Below are positions 1 through 11,256 of a DNA stretch of 64,000 bases, in pieces. The position numbers and the translations under genes are program-made. Under the pieces are notes generated by a model. It saw nothing but the letters and a program-made list of their open reading frames with translations, was not told the origin of the DNA and made no database searches. How positions within the stretch are numbered: the first letter of the stretch is position 1; each line of letters begins with the position of its first letter. This stretch comes from Octopus vulgaris. Its lineage: Eukaryota. The stretch spans positions 35,960,001 through 36,024,000 of the forward strand of contig OX597819.1 in NCBI GenBank assembly GCA_951406725.2, in the 5' to 3' direction.

Positions 1-366
1 CACATGGTTCTGGGTTCAGTCCCACTGCATGGCATCTTAGGCAAGTGTCTTCTACTACAGCCTCGGGCCAACCAAAGCCTTGTGAGTGGATTTGGTAGAC
101 GGAAACTGAAAGAAGCCTGTCGTATATATGTATATATATATATGTGTGTATGTGTATATGTTTGTGTGTCTGTGTTTGTCCCCCCAACATCGCTTGAAAA
201 CCGATGCTGGTGTGTTTATGTCCCCGTAGCTTAACAGTTCGGCAAAAGAGACCGAAAGAGACCGATAGAATAAGTTCTGGGGTCGATTTGCTCGACTAAA
301 AGGTGGTGCTCCAGCATGGCCACAGTCAAATGACTGAAACAAGTAAAAGAGTAAAGAGTAAAGAGT
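1..366 (+). mobile_element. tRNA-derived SINE, family A (cut by window edge)
   Basis: B-box-like GGTTCAGTCC, CORE-like ccttgggcaagtgtctt segment, internal (TA/TG)n and (GTAAAAGA)n tail; more than 12 similar copies in the window. Confidence 0.9.
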
Positions 367-701
367 ATATTCAATGAGAAGAAAGTAACACTACCATTTT
401 CCATGATGGGGGTGAGAGCTGAACAGAAATGATAAACGCCCAGCAAATTTAGTCAAGACTCTAGATTTTATTCTTACTTGCAGTTATTTCATATTATTAA
501 AGTCATTAATGCCTCTGAACAAATGATGTAAATGTAATAGAATTTTGTTTCTGTTACACTAAAAAAAAAAAAAATCAAATGTGCACATGAAGTTAATATC
601 ATCATATCCCTGACTAACCACACACAGAGTTGAAACCGGTTTCATATTTCATATGAATTGAATTGCAATATGTCTTGCATATTTATATGTAGGCATAGAC
701 A

Positions 702-870
702 TGTGTGTGCATTTGTGTATGTATGTATGTATGTATGTGTGTATGTATGTGTGTGTGTGTATGTATGTATGTATGAATGTATGTATGCATGTATGCATGT
801 ATGCATGTATGTATGTATAGATGTATGTATGTATTTATGTATGTATGTATGTCTGAATGAATGAATGTAT
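702..870. repeat. (TATG)n microsatellite
   Basis: Direct reading. Confidence 0.9.
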
Positions 871-1149
871 GTGTGATATTATTCAGTTTTATTTCAAGAT
901 CTCTTGTCAATAGAGAAAGAGTTAGCTTTTAACCTAAATCTAAGGCTTCTTCACTAAAATTTCAACAACATCAACAGGGTATTTTTCATGTTTGTGTGTA
1001 TGTGCAGTATTTGGAATCAGTACATGTGCAGATTTGTATGTTTTGTTTTATGTATGTATTCTCAGGCATATAGTTGCATATCTAAACATGTACATATCAT
1101 CATCATCTTCATTTAGCATCTGCTTTTCATGCTAGCATGGGTTATATGT

Positions 1150-1460
1150 AGGGAAGCGCAATGGCCCAGTGGTTAGGGCAGCGGACTCGCAGTTGTAGGA
1201 TAGCGGTTTCGATTCCCTAACCGGGCGTTGTGAGTGTTTATTGAGCAAAAACACCTATAGCTCCACGAGGCTCTGGCAGGGGATGGTGGCGATCCCTGCT
1301 GTACTCTTTCGCCACAACTTTCTCTCACTCTTTCTTCTGTTGGCCTGCTCACTTAGCCAGCGGGGTGGTGTCGTTTGAAGGCTAAAACAATGCGAAGCAC
1401 ATTGTGATCGGAAATGTGTAGCAACATCTGATAGCCTGGTCAGTCACGTGATCATGTGAT
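1150..1460 (+). mobile_element. tRNA-derived SINE, head B1
   Basis: A-box TGGCCCAGTGG and B-box GGTTTCGATTCC; head shared with 6241, 24969, 54415 and 60760. Confidence 0.85.
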
Positions 1461-1565
1461 ATATATATATATATAGGGAGAGTTTACGAAAAAAACAAAA
1501 GACTAAGACAAGTGATGTACAAAACAAACAGATGTATTAGTATAATGCTCAGGAACAGAAAAAGT

Positions 1566-1601
1566 CTTTAGTGTTTCGAGCCTACACTCTTCTACAGAAA
1601 G
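1566..1601 (-). ncRNA. Degenerate minimal hammerhead ribozyme motif in Penelope-like fragment (~1476-1650)
   Basis: Minus strand CUUU-CUGUAGA-AGAGUGUAGGCUC-GAAA-CACU-AAAG; stem I perfect, core and cleavage triplet deviate. Confidence 0.4.
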
Positions 1602-1952
1602 GGACACAGAAAAAAACAAGGAGAGAAAAAAGTGTGTGTAGTGGCTAGATGACTTGAATCTGTAATCTTCTAATTGACTTTCTTCTTTCTGGTTTTGAGA
1701 AGCTTAATTTCTCAAGATCGGTGCTTTAGCACAAGGTCAAAGATATGCAACTAAAACACCCTGAAGATGGAGGTCAGATCCAGCTTATGTTTAAATGATT
1801 TTACTTCTAGTTACATATCCTTGACTCTGTGTAAACTACATCTGCCAACTATTTGAGGTAATTTCAAACCTCCAGAAATAGTGTCAGACCTTTAATACCA
1901 AACCTTCTCCCTTTAATTTTCTGTCTTTACACTATATATTTATAAATGAATG

Positions 1953-2362
1953 TAGGAGTGGCTGTGTAGTAAGTAGCTTGCTTATCAGCCACATAGTTCC
2001 AGGTTCAGTCCCACTGCGTGGCACCTTGGGCAAGTGTCTTCTACTATAGCCTCGGGCCGACCAAAGCCTTGTGAGTGGATTCGGTAGACGGAAACTGAAA
2101 GAAGCCCATCGTATATATGTATATATATGTATGTGTATGTATATGTTTGTGTGTCTGTGTTTGTCCACCCAACATCGCTTGACAACTGATGCTGGTGTGT
2201 TTACATCCCTGTAACTTAGCAGTTCAGCAAAAGAGACCGATAGAATAAGTACTAGGCTTACAAAGAATAAGTCCTGGGGTTGACTTACTCGACTAATGGT
2301 GGTGCTCCAGCATGGCCACAGTCATATGACTGAAACAAATAAAAGAGTAAAAGAGAAAGAGT
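1953..2362 (+). mobile_element. SINE family A, full length
   Basis: Complete head, body and tail matching other copies. Confidence 0.9.
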
Positions 2363-2499
2363 ATCTGAATATTTTCAGTTTTTGTTTTCTCTCAATTTAC
2401 ATATTTACATGTATATATGTATGTATATTTTTGTATATCTTGCACAAGTGGTTTTATTTGTATATTTGCATCATTATCTCCATGTACATGAGTATGTAT

Positions 2500-2507
2500 A
2501 AGTATGA

Positions 2508-2556
<49 letters not shown>

Positions 2557-2757
2557 TATGCATACATGTATACAAATATATATAAATATATATTTATTAT
2601 GCTCTTGCATATAAATATACATTTATGCCATTGAATATAAATACATTTGCATTTGTATGCATATATGGCATAAATGTATATATATGTATATATATATAAA
2701 TGTATATATATGCAAAAGCATAATGAATACATATTTATATATATTTGTATATATGTA

Positions 2758-2795
<38 letters not shown>

Positions 2796-2835
2796 CGTGT
2801 GTGTGTGTGTATGTGTATATATATATATATGTATG

Positions 2836-2875
<40 letters not shown>

Positions 2876-2941
2876 TACATATATACAACTATATATTTAT
2901 ATATATTTGTATATATATATGCATAGATATATACAAATATA

Positions 2942-2998
<57 letters not shown>

Positions 2999-3021
2999 AT
3001 GTGTGTATGTATGTATGTATG

Positions 3022-3065
<44 letters not shown>

Positions 3066-3393
3066 ATTTATTATGCTCTTGCATATAAATATACATTTAT
3101 GCCATTGAATATAAATACATTTGCATTTGTATGCATATATGGCATAAATGTATATATATGTATATATATATATATAAATGTATATATATTCAAAAGCATA
3201 ATGAATACATATTTATATATATTTGTATATATGTATGCATATATATATATATGTGCGTGTGTGTGTGTGTATGTGTATATATATATACATATGTATGTAT
3301 GTATATATATATATATATATATATGCATACATATATACAACTATATATTTATATATATTTGTATATATATATGCATAGATATATACAAATATA

Positions 3394-3454
<61 letters not shown>

Positions 3455-3724
3455 ATGTATGTATGTATGTATGTATGTATGTATGTATGTATGTATGTAT
3501 GTATATATATATATATATATATTTATTTATTATGCTCTTGCATATAAATATACATTTATGCCATTGAATATAAATACATTTGCATTTGTATGCATATATG
3601 GTATAAATGTATATATATGTATATATATATATAAATGTATATATATGCAAAAGCATAATGAATACATATTTATATATATTTGTATATATGTATGCATATA
3701 TATATATGTGCGTGTGTGTGTGTG

Positions 3725-3769
<45 letters not shown>

Positions 3770-3804
3770 GTTTGATTTGCATAATAGTGGTTTTGTCTCT
3801 AATT

Positions 3805-3842
<38 letters not shown>

Positions 3843-3845
3843 GTA
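2500..3845. repeat. Compound (TA)/(TG)/(TATG) microsatellite amplified as a ~460-475 bp higher-order tandem (about 2.5-3 units)
   Basis: Unique anchor ttattatgctcttgcatataaatatacatttatgccattgaat recurs at ~2595, ~3068 and ~3528. Confidence 0.85.
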
Positions 3846-5384
3846 AAGATAAGTAAATGTGCACTCGTTTTTATATGTTTCATTGTGTGTAATTTCTTCA
3901 CTGTTATATAACAGTGCACAATGAGCACCACAATCTAAAATGTCTGTCTGACTATGAAGGTCACCATACCACAGACTATATAAACATATATAGCACCAAC
4001 AATAGCTTATGAAGGCTTACAAATACTCAAGATGGTGGCTGAGTGCACTGTAAGCCCATTGAGAGAGAGAGGTAGACTTGGTGGTACAACCTGGTTTCTG
4101 TGCAAATGATATTTGTAAGAAAGGGGAATCAAGCTTTTCAACTTCTATTATCGGTCAGCAAGGGAAATCTCACTGAATTAAAATTCAATCACTAGATGTC
4201 AATAAAACCCAGGGCAGAATGGAAATATCTGAATTGATATTGAAAATGAGCAAGGGTCCAGTCAAGAACATTCATTAAACAACTTGTGTTACAATATTTA
4301 GCCCAACAATTGTCAATGAGAAGCAATGTTCCAGATTATAAGCTCAGTCCTACAACGATTTTTGCTAGAACAAACTTGTGTAAATGTAGTTTTTGTTCAA
4401 AATTACACCAATACTCAATTACATATCCAGCTATATCTGGTGATTGTTTGAATTATATGTGGACTTAACACTAATAAATAACATATTCTCTTGTATCTAA
4501 CAAGTTCTAACCAACTTTGGGCTTTTTGTTTTTTACATTATTTCATAAACATTGCATTAGCCTAATGTGATGATGCACCATAACCAATTAGTTAAGAAGT
4601 TTGCTTTGCAATCAAGAGGTGATGGGTTTGATTCAATTGTTTGATACTTAGCTCCATAATCTCGAATTTATCAATGCCTTATAAGTGAAATAAGGTAAAT
4701 GGAAACTGTTAGGAATCACTTCCAATTTATTGCACTTGTAATTTTAAAATCCAGCTATGTAACACACTAGTCACACTGATTCTGAATGAGAATTTCACCA
4801 AGGATTTCAGTTGATCAAACAACTGAAGAATACTCTTTGATGAAATTGGCAGAAATCTATTAATATTATGCCAGTACTTCTCTCAATTTATTCTTGTAAG
4901 GTATATTTGATCAGTCTAAAATTACAACATTTCATACTCTGGACACTGTTTTTAAAGTTAGATGTCCTAATTACTAAACCCCATCAATCATAAAGTGTAA
5001 GTGCAATTTGTGCTCCATCAGTAAAGTACAATGAAGCAAGGAAACGTAAATTATCAAAAGTATCTTAAATAATTACTATGCAAAGAAATATAATTGTCTG
5101 TCTGAAGTTTAGATTGTGGATGTGCCCAAAAGTAATAAGCAGCTGTAGCCTTTCTTTTTATTATTTAGGGTGGTGAACTGTCAGGCATCAACCCACCAGA
5201 TGAAATGTCTTACACTATCCAGTTTTATTTTCTCTATGCTCTGAGGGCAGATCTTGCTAAAGAATACTTTACCTTTTATTCTTCTATGTATGTTTTTACA
5301 GAAAATTGAGTTTAAATGTTGAGATGTATTAGCTTAATTTTTTCTCTTCCATTCATATAATTAAAATGACACTAAAAAGTTAGA

Positions 5385-5865
5385 TATTTAATTTATTTTA
5401 ATTTAATTTTTATTGGCTCAAAAAGCAAAAGCAAGGCCATGTAGGGGGACATGGAGTTATGAACAGGGAGGGGGGTCATACAAAGAGTTCAGGCCATTTC
5501 TGGTCAAGAGAGACTTTGAACCGAGCGGTTGTCGGCATCTTCACTATCTCGTCCGGCAGCTTATTCCATAGATCCGCAACCTGGACGGATAAAGCCCCTC
5601 TCCTTCGATTGAGATGAAATCGTCTTAGATAGAGCTTTTCAGAGTGACCCCATAGCCCACACTCCGGAGCAGGAGTGAAGAACAGCTCTTTCGAGAGGTT
5701 ACACTTTCCGCTTATGATGTTGTGAGCGAGAATGAGATCACCATGGCGGCGTCATTTTTGGAGAGAATAAAGGTCGAGCGTCTTCAGCCTTTCTTCATAA
5801 GACAAATGCTTGAGACCAAGATCCATGCAGGTAGCCAGCTTCTAGACTCTTTCGAGATGAGGTAT
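5385..5865 (-). mobile_element. CR1-like LINE 3' fragment
   Basis: Minus translation LERV*KLAT..LKHLSYEERLKTLDLYSL..RRHGDLILAHNII..GHSEKL..VADLWNKLP, typical CR1 ORF2 C-terminus; A/T-rich tail. Confidence 0.85.
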
Positions 5866-6240
5866 GATATGACCTGATTCACTGAAAGCCATAATTCTGA
5901 GGTTTCTGAAATGTAATTTTTCTGGATGTCACCTGCTTTTATTGTATCCTAGCATCCCAAGGAGAATACACTGAGATAGTTTCCCCCATTGCTTTCTCCT
6001 TGAAGAGAACAAGATGGCAGGAAGACAGAAGATGGCCAAGAATTGTCTGAGACAATTGTTCATCAGTTAGGTAATCATCTAGAAATCAACCCATGATTGT
6101 CTTTCTTTAATCATGATTAAAAACAGGATGTAGGATAGTGCTGCCATTGCTATAGAGAAATTTAGAATGCTGATGATGGAATGGGATATGCAACATATTC
6201 ATCATCATAACCAATGTAAATATAAGCAGTAGTAAATAGT

Positions 6241-6630
6241 GGAGGCGCAATGGCCCAGTGGTTAGGGCAGCGGACTCGCGGTCGGAGAATTGCGGTTTCG
6301 ATTCCCAGACCGGGCGTTGTGTGTTTATTGAGCGAAAACACCTAAAGCTCCACTAGGCTCCGGCAGGGGATGGTGGCAACCCCTGTTGTACTCTTTCGCC
6401 TCAACTTTCTCTCACTCCACTCTTACTTCCTGTTTCTGTTGTACCTGTATTTCATTTGGCCGGCATTTGTCACTCTCTGTGTCACGCTGAATATCCCTGA
6501 GAACTACGTTAAGGGTGCACGTGTCTGTGGAGTGCTCAGCCACTTACACATTAATTTCACGAGCAGGCTGTTCCGTTGATTCGGATCAACCGGAACCCTC
6601 ATCGTCGTAACCGACGGAGTGCTTCCATCC
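6241..6630 (+). mobile_element. tRNA-derived SINE, head B1
   Basis: A/B boxes; near-identical to 24969-25363. Confidence 0.9.
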
Positions 6631-7295
6631 AGTAAATATATTAGCGATGTACTATAAAAATTCATATATAATCTATCCTTCTTCACCAAAATCAAGATTA
6701 AAATCAGTGTATGTATAATACATGATATTAGGCTATAAATTTGCATTTTACTCTTTCCATGTATTTTGCAAGTAATAAAGATAAAATAATGTAATTTAGT
6801 TTTATTATATTTTTAGATTATTTTGTAATATATATCAGTGTATGTTATATAAAACAAAATATTAATAGCTACTGTACTTGATGTCATAAAAGACACATGG
6901 GCATATTAGACAAACTTCAATTTCAGCAGCGAATATTCAGGAAATATAAGTTTTTATGTATCAAAGCAGGCAATATTTAAAGCAAATTTGCATATTGGAT
7001 CCTGGGTGATTTTTGAGATATGTTTTTTGAAGAAAGTGAATATACGCCATCTAATACTGTAATATATGCCATCTAATACTGTAATCTATTGGATTATGAT
7101 AGATTATCAATTCTTGTGGGAGTTGTGTAACACTGTGTGTTATAAATAGTATTATAATGTTTTGGTTTTTTTTGTTTAGGACTCTGAACTGAGCTATGTA
7201 ATATATGTGATGATGTGGTATACATGATGGAGTTTTATACATAGTAGCATATTATACACGATAGCATATTTTACATGGTAATTTATGAAAGGACA

Positions 7296-7490
7296 AGGCA
7301 GCAAGCTAGCAGAATCATTAGCATGCTGAGCAAAATACTTAGCAGCATTTTGTCCTTCTTTACATTCTGAGTTCAAATTCCACTGAGTTCCACTTTGCCT
7401 TTCATCCATTCAGGATTAATAAAATGAGTACCAGTCGATAAGTGCCTTCCTCAAACTTACAGGCCTTGTTCCAAAATTCAAAACCAATAT
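7296..7490 (+). mobile_element. SINE family D, diverged
   Basis: ctttgcctttcatcc central motif; matches 47064-47293. Confidence 0.75.
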
Positions 7491-7878
7491 ATTATGCAAG
7501 GACATTTATGTTAGGTGAAATTAGACAAACATATTTGCCAATAAAACCTGGCCCATGATACTTATTCTCTGGGATCTTGTCCTCCTTTTAGACTCCATCT
7601 ACCAGCTTTACTATAATATAGACAACTTTATAAGGGAACCTCTATGTGATTACTGGACCTACACAAAATAATGACTAGATCTTCTTGTATCACAGTCTGT
7701 CATTGTGAGAAAAGTGCACACTAGATACAGCAGCCTGGGTTGTACTTTAATAAAGATAGGATGTCTATGGCTGGAGTCCCATTAAGTTTGCCTTGGAACC
7801 AAACAGCAACGGGAACAACAAAAATATTGATAGACTTTCTGAAGGCATGATATAAACATTTATTAATTGGGGTGAGTG

Positions 7879-7914
<36 letters not shown>

Positions 7915-7963
7915 TGTGTACAGTGCTCAGGTGCACTACAACTCATCTAAAGTGTATATATAA

Positions 7964-8912
7964 TCAGGTGTAGTTTCGGCGGATTTCGGAAAGCATGAGG
8001 GCCTTAAAGGATGCAGTGTCATGGCAGTCAACAACTGACGCAGGCAGTTTATTCCATGCTTCAGCAACTCTGAGCGTGAAAAAATGTTTCCGAAAGTCAT
8101 GGGAGCTGTGTTGTTTTCTGACTTTGTAGGCATGTCCACGTGTGTTAGACACATGGAGATCAAAAAGGTGTTCAGTGTTGTTGTTGGTGAGGTGGTTGAT
8201 AACTTTGTGGGTGTTTACCAAGTCCGTCGCCAGATGCCGGAGCTTCAGTGAATCCATGCCCAGGGAAACAAGGCGCTCAGAATATGGTAGGTGTCTGATG
8301 GAGGGTATGCGTTTGGTTGCACGTCTCTGGACAGATTCCAGGAGGTCAATGTTCTGAGCAAGATAGGGGTTCCAAACTGATGATGCGAATTCCAAGTGGC
8401 CAGTGGAAGGTTTCCCAATCGATCTCAGGATGATTGAAATCACCTGCAATAAACACATAAGTGGCTGTTTTCCTGGCAGCAGCTCGGAGGATATTGCAAA
8501 GCTGTGTGTCCTGATGATAATTTGGGGGACGATAAACAACGCCAAGCAGGAGTGTTGACATGGTCATACGTACGTCACAGAACAAAAATTCTTCTTGTGA
8601 TTCGTTCAAATCGGCAAAAGGAATTACCAAAAAATTTGAACGAACGTAGACCATCACACCACCACCACGGCAGTAAGTGCGGTCCTTACGGAAGAGGTTG
8701 TACCCCGTAATGTTGAAAACCCCATCACAGAGTAAGGAATGCGCCCATGTTTCCGTGACAGTGATGAAGTCAGGGTCAATACTTCTGACGTAGGCGTTGA
8801 ACAAATGTATTTTGTTGCATAAACTGCGAGCATTTAAGGACAACAATTTGTACCCTGCTCGCAGTTTATGATGGTGTGTAGAGGATGGCAGGTTGTTCTG
8901 GCTTAGTTTCCC
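7964..8912 (-). pseudogene. CR1 ORF2: APE N-terminal part fused out of frame to the post-RT C-terminus
   Basis: NARSL, VTETW, RKDR..GGGV, YRPP, GDFN (APE), then LEFASSVWNP..LESVQRRATK..TRGH..FFTLRV..WNKLP; no YADD region present. Confidence 0.9.
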
Positions 8913-10468
8913 TGAGTTGCTGTAGTCTTTTTAGTTATTGTGGGTAGAGAGCACTCAGACCAGCTGGTATCTCTCTTCCACGTTTCAGCAGTCTTGACAA
9001 ATCTCCAGATTTGTCCATCTTCCCGAAGACTGAAGCTTTCCTGTAGAGCTGAGTTCCTATTCAGGGAAGCCGCTACACGTAGCTTCGGACGTACATCGGA
9101 CGGTAAGCCTTGGCGTGTTCGGAAGGTGGTCCGATTTTCACGCCCAGCTTTAACTGAGGCCAGATGGTAAGAGGTTGCCTCAGTGTGGTCCGAAAAAGAC
9201 AGCTTGATGAGCCTAGGTTTTGGGCCAGGTCGTCCAAGGCGGATAGCACCCGTTGGGGGAACGCAGCCTAGGTCTTTGGCTGAGTTGGCAGCAAATGCCT
9301 GAAGATCAGCCATGTCTTCTGGCACCCCAATGGCAATGACTTCATGGGTATCAGAATCCGCGGGCTTAAATGCGACAAGAGGTACAGGTACAGGGAGGTT
9401 CTTTAGCAGAGCATTCCGATAAGACCCCTCATTGTGGAGTCCAACCTGAATGGTTGCTTTTATTCCTGCTACTTCCCCTCTTAAAGCACAGATCGATTGT
9501 TGCAGTTCTGCAAGAACCGCACTGGTCAATTGGTGTTATTGTTGTTGCTGCTGCTGCTCTGGTTGTGGTTGATTTTGTTGTTGCTGTTGTTGTTGTTGAT
9601 GTTGTTGTTGCTGCTGCTCTGGTTGTGGTTGATTTTGTTGTTGCTGCTGTTGTTGTTGTTGCTGCTGCTCTGGTTGTGGTTGATTTTGTTGTTGCTGCTG
9701 CTGCTGCTCTAGTTGTGGTTGATTTTGTTGTTGCTGCTGTTGTTGTTGTTGTTGCTGCTGCTCTGGTTGTGGTTGATCTTGTTGTTGCTGCTGCTGCTGC
9801 TCTGGTTGTGGTTGATTTTGTTGTTGCTGTTGTTGTTGTTGATGTTGTTGTTGCTGCTGCTCTGGTTGTGGTTGATTTTGTTGTTGCTGCTGTTGTTGTT
9901 GTTGCTGCTGCTCTGGTTGTGGTTGATTTTGTTGTTGCTGCTGCTGCTGCTGCTCTGGTTGTGGTTGATTTTGTTGTTGCTGTTGTTGTTGTTGATGTTG
10001 TTGTTGCTGCTGCTCTGGTTGTGGTTGATTTTGTTGTTGCTGCTGTTGTTGTTGTTGTTGCTGCTCTGGTTGTGGTTGATTTTGTTGTTGCTGCTGCTGC
10101 TGCTCTAGTTGTGGTTGATTTTGTTGTTGTTGCTGTTGTTGTTGTTGCTGCTGCTCTGGTTGTGGTTGATTTTGTTGTTGCTGCTGCTGCTGCTCTAGTT
10201 GTGGTTGATTTTGTTGTTGCTGCTGTTGCTGTTCCGCCTCCTCCATGGGAGTGGCAGGGGGAGACACAATCGTCGGTTGTGGAGGCACGCAGGCCTGACA
10301 CTGAAAAGTCCAAGATTTAAGCTGAACCATCTTCCAGAGTCTATCCATCATAGCATTATGATGGCTCTTTTTTTGGCCTGGGATCTTCTGAAAGTCCGTG
10401 GCACATTGGAGGCAGACAGAGATGAGACATGTCCCACATTCGACCCAGCGATTACAGAACGTATATAG
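8903..10468 (-). pseudogene. CR1 ORF1: PHD-like finger, poly-Gln repeat, coiled coil and RRM-like region; one in-frame stop
   Basis: ORFs 9536-10351 and 8903-9529 share a frame, split by a TAA within a CAA run; N-terminal WVECGTC..VCLQC..WTFQCQAC; C-terminal IRLGRPGPKPRLIKLSF. Confidence 0.8.
9536..10232. repeat. Coding-frame tandem repeat, 14 variable units encoding (P/L)E-Qn-(N/D)QPQ on the minus strand
   Basis: Anchor gttgtggttga recurs 14 times with variable (GTT/GCT)n spacers, all lengths multiples of 3. Confidence 0.95.
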
Positions 10469-10691
10469 TCATCTGAATCAATTCTAGTTTATTCAGTATA
10501 TAGATAATTGTTTTAATGACTGTAGAGGATGTATATTGAAATGAATAATATAATTAGAATATTATAATTAGTATAGTGTAATTAATTATGAGAGTTCTAC
10601 TGAAAGTCATGCAAATGTAGGTATAGCTATTTTTTATTAACTGACATATGTTGTTCCAGTTGCACATGTTAACAGTGTAAATCTTCCTTTA

Positions 10692-11120
10692 TACTCTTTA
10701 CTCTTTTTACTCTTTTACTCTTTTACTTGTTTCAGTCATTTGACTGCGGCCATGCTGGAGCACCGCCTTTAGTCGAGCAAATCGACCCCGGGACTTATTC
10801 TTTGTAAGCCCAGTACTTATTCTATCGGTCTCTTTTGCCGAACCGCTAAGTGACGGGGACATAAACACACCATCATCGGATGTCAAGCAATACTAGGAGG
10901 ACAAACACAGGCACACAAACATATACACACACACACATATATATATACATATATACGACAGGCTTCTTTCAGTTTCCGTCTACCAAATCCACTCACAAGG
11001 CATTGGTCGGCCCAGGGCTATAGTAGAAGACACTTGCCCAAGTTGCCACGCAGTGGGACTGAACCCGGAACCATGTGGTTGGTTAGCAAGCTACTTACCA
11101 CACAGCCACTCCTGCGCCTA
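10692..11120 (-). mobile_element. SINE family A, young subfamily
   Basis: Full-length reverse copy; shares diagnostic bases with 58750-59160. Confidence 0.9.
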
Positions 11121-11155
11121 TTATAGTAACACATCTTTCCTGTTCTGCATTGCAG

Positions 11156-11256
11156 GGTTTATGTGGAAACAGCATAATGTAATAGAGTTTTTAAATGAAG
11201 CAGAAGAGTGGGCTGTCCAACATTCAAAGAAAGCTATGGATTATTTACAGAGATGA
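11156..11256 (+). CDS. Candidate terminal coding exon of an unknown host gene
   Basis: Pyrimidine-rich acceptor tctttcctgttctgcattgcag, then (G)FMWKQHNVIEFLNEAEEWAVQHSKKAMDYLQR*; non-repetitive, no recognised homology. Confidence 0.2.

Larger units (their letters stand above)
880..1735 (-). mobile_element. 3' remnant of R4/Dong-like LINE, interrupted by SINE and Penelope-like insertions
   Basis: 880-1095 and ~1650-1735 align by eye with 38470-38670 and 38730-38810, the 3'UTR and RLE C-terminus of the copy at 38.5-40 kb. Confidence 0.7.
7879..10460 (-). mobile_element. CR1-like non-LTR retrotransposon with internal deletion of the RT
   Basis: (TTA)n 3' tail at 7879-7912, ORF2 C-terminus, APE endonuclease and ORF1, all on the minus strand; GC content higher than flanks. 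Confidence 0.92.

Noticed and set aside
2296-3931. Long YI/YV/HT-rich ORFs (up to 388 aa), and similar ones at 20.0-20.6 kb and 53.7-54.0 kb
   Set aside because: Translations of (TA)/(TG)/(TATG) microsatellites that lack stop codons
4030-4470. Possible piggyBac C-terminal remnant or exon (FIKQLVLQYLAQQL..CKCSFC)
   Set aside because: Resemblance too weak to support without a profile search
6241-6315. Functional tRNA genes at SINE heads (also 1150, 21408, 24969, 54415)
   Set aside because: No proper acceptor stem; they continue into repeated SINE bodies
9370-10320. Poly-Val/Ala, poly-Leu and mucin-like poly-Thr ORFs over the 9.5-10.2 kb repeat
   Set aside because: Alternative frames of a triplet repeat; only the Gln frame is continuous with the PHD-like and ORF1 C-terminal domains
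7877-10465. gtata as TSD of the CR1 element
   Set aside because: Only 5 AT-rich bases overlapping the tail; could be chance
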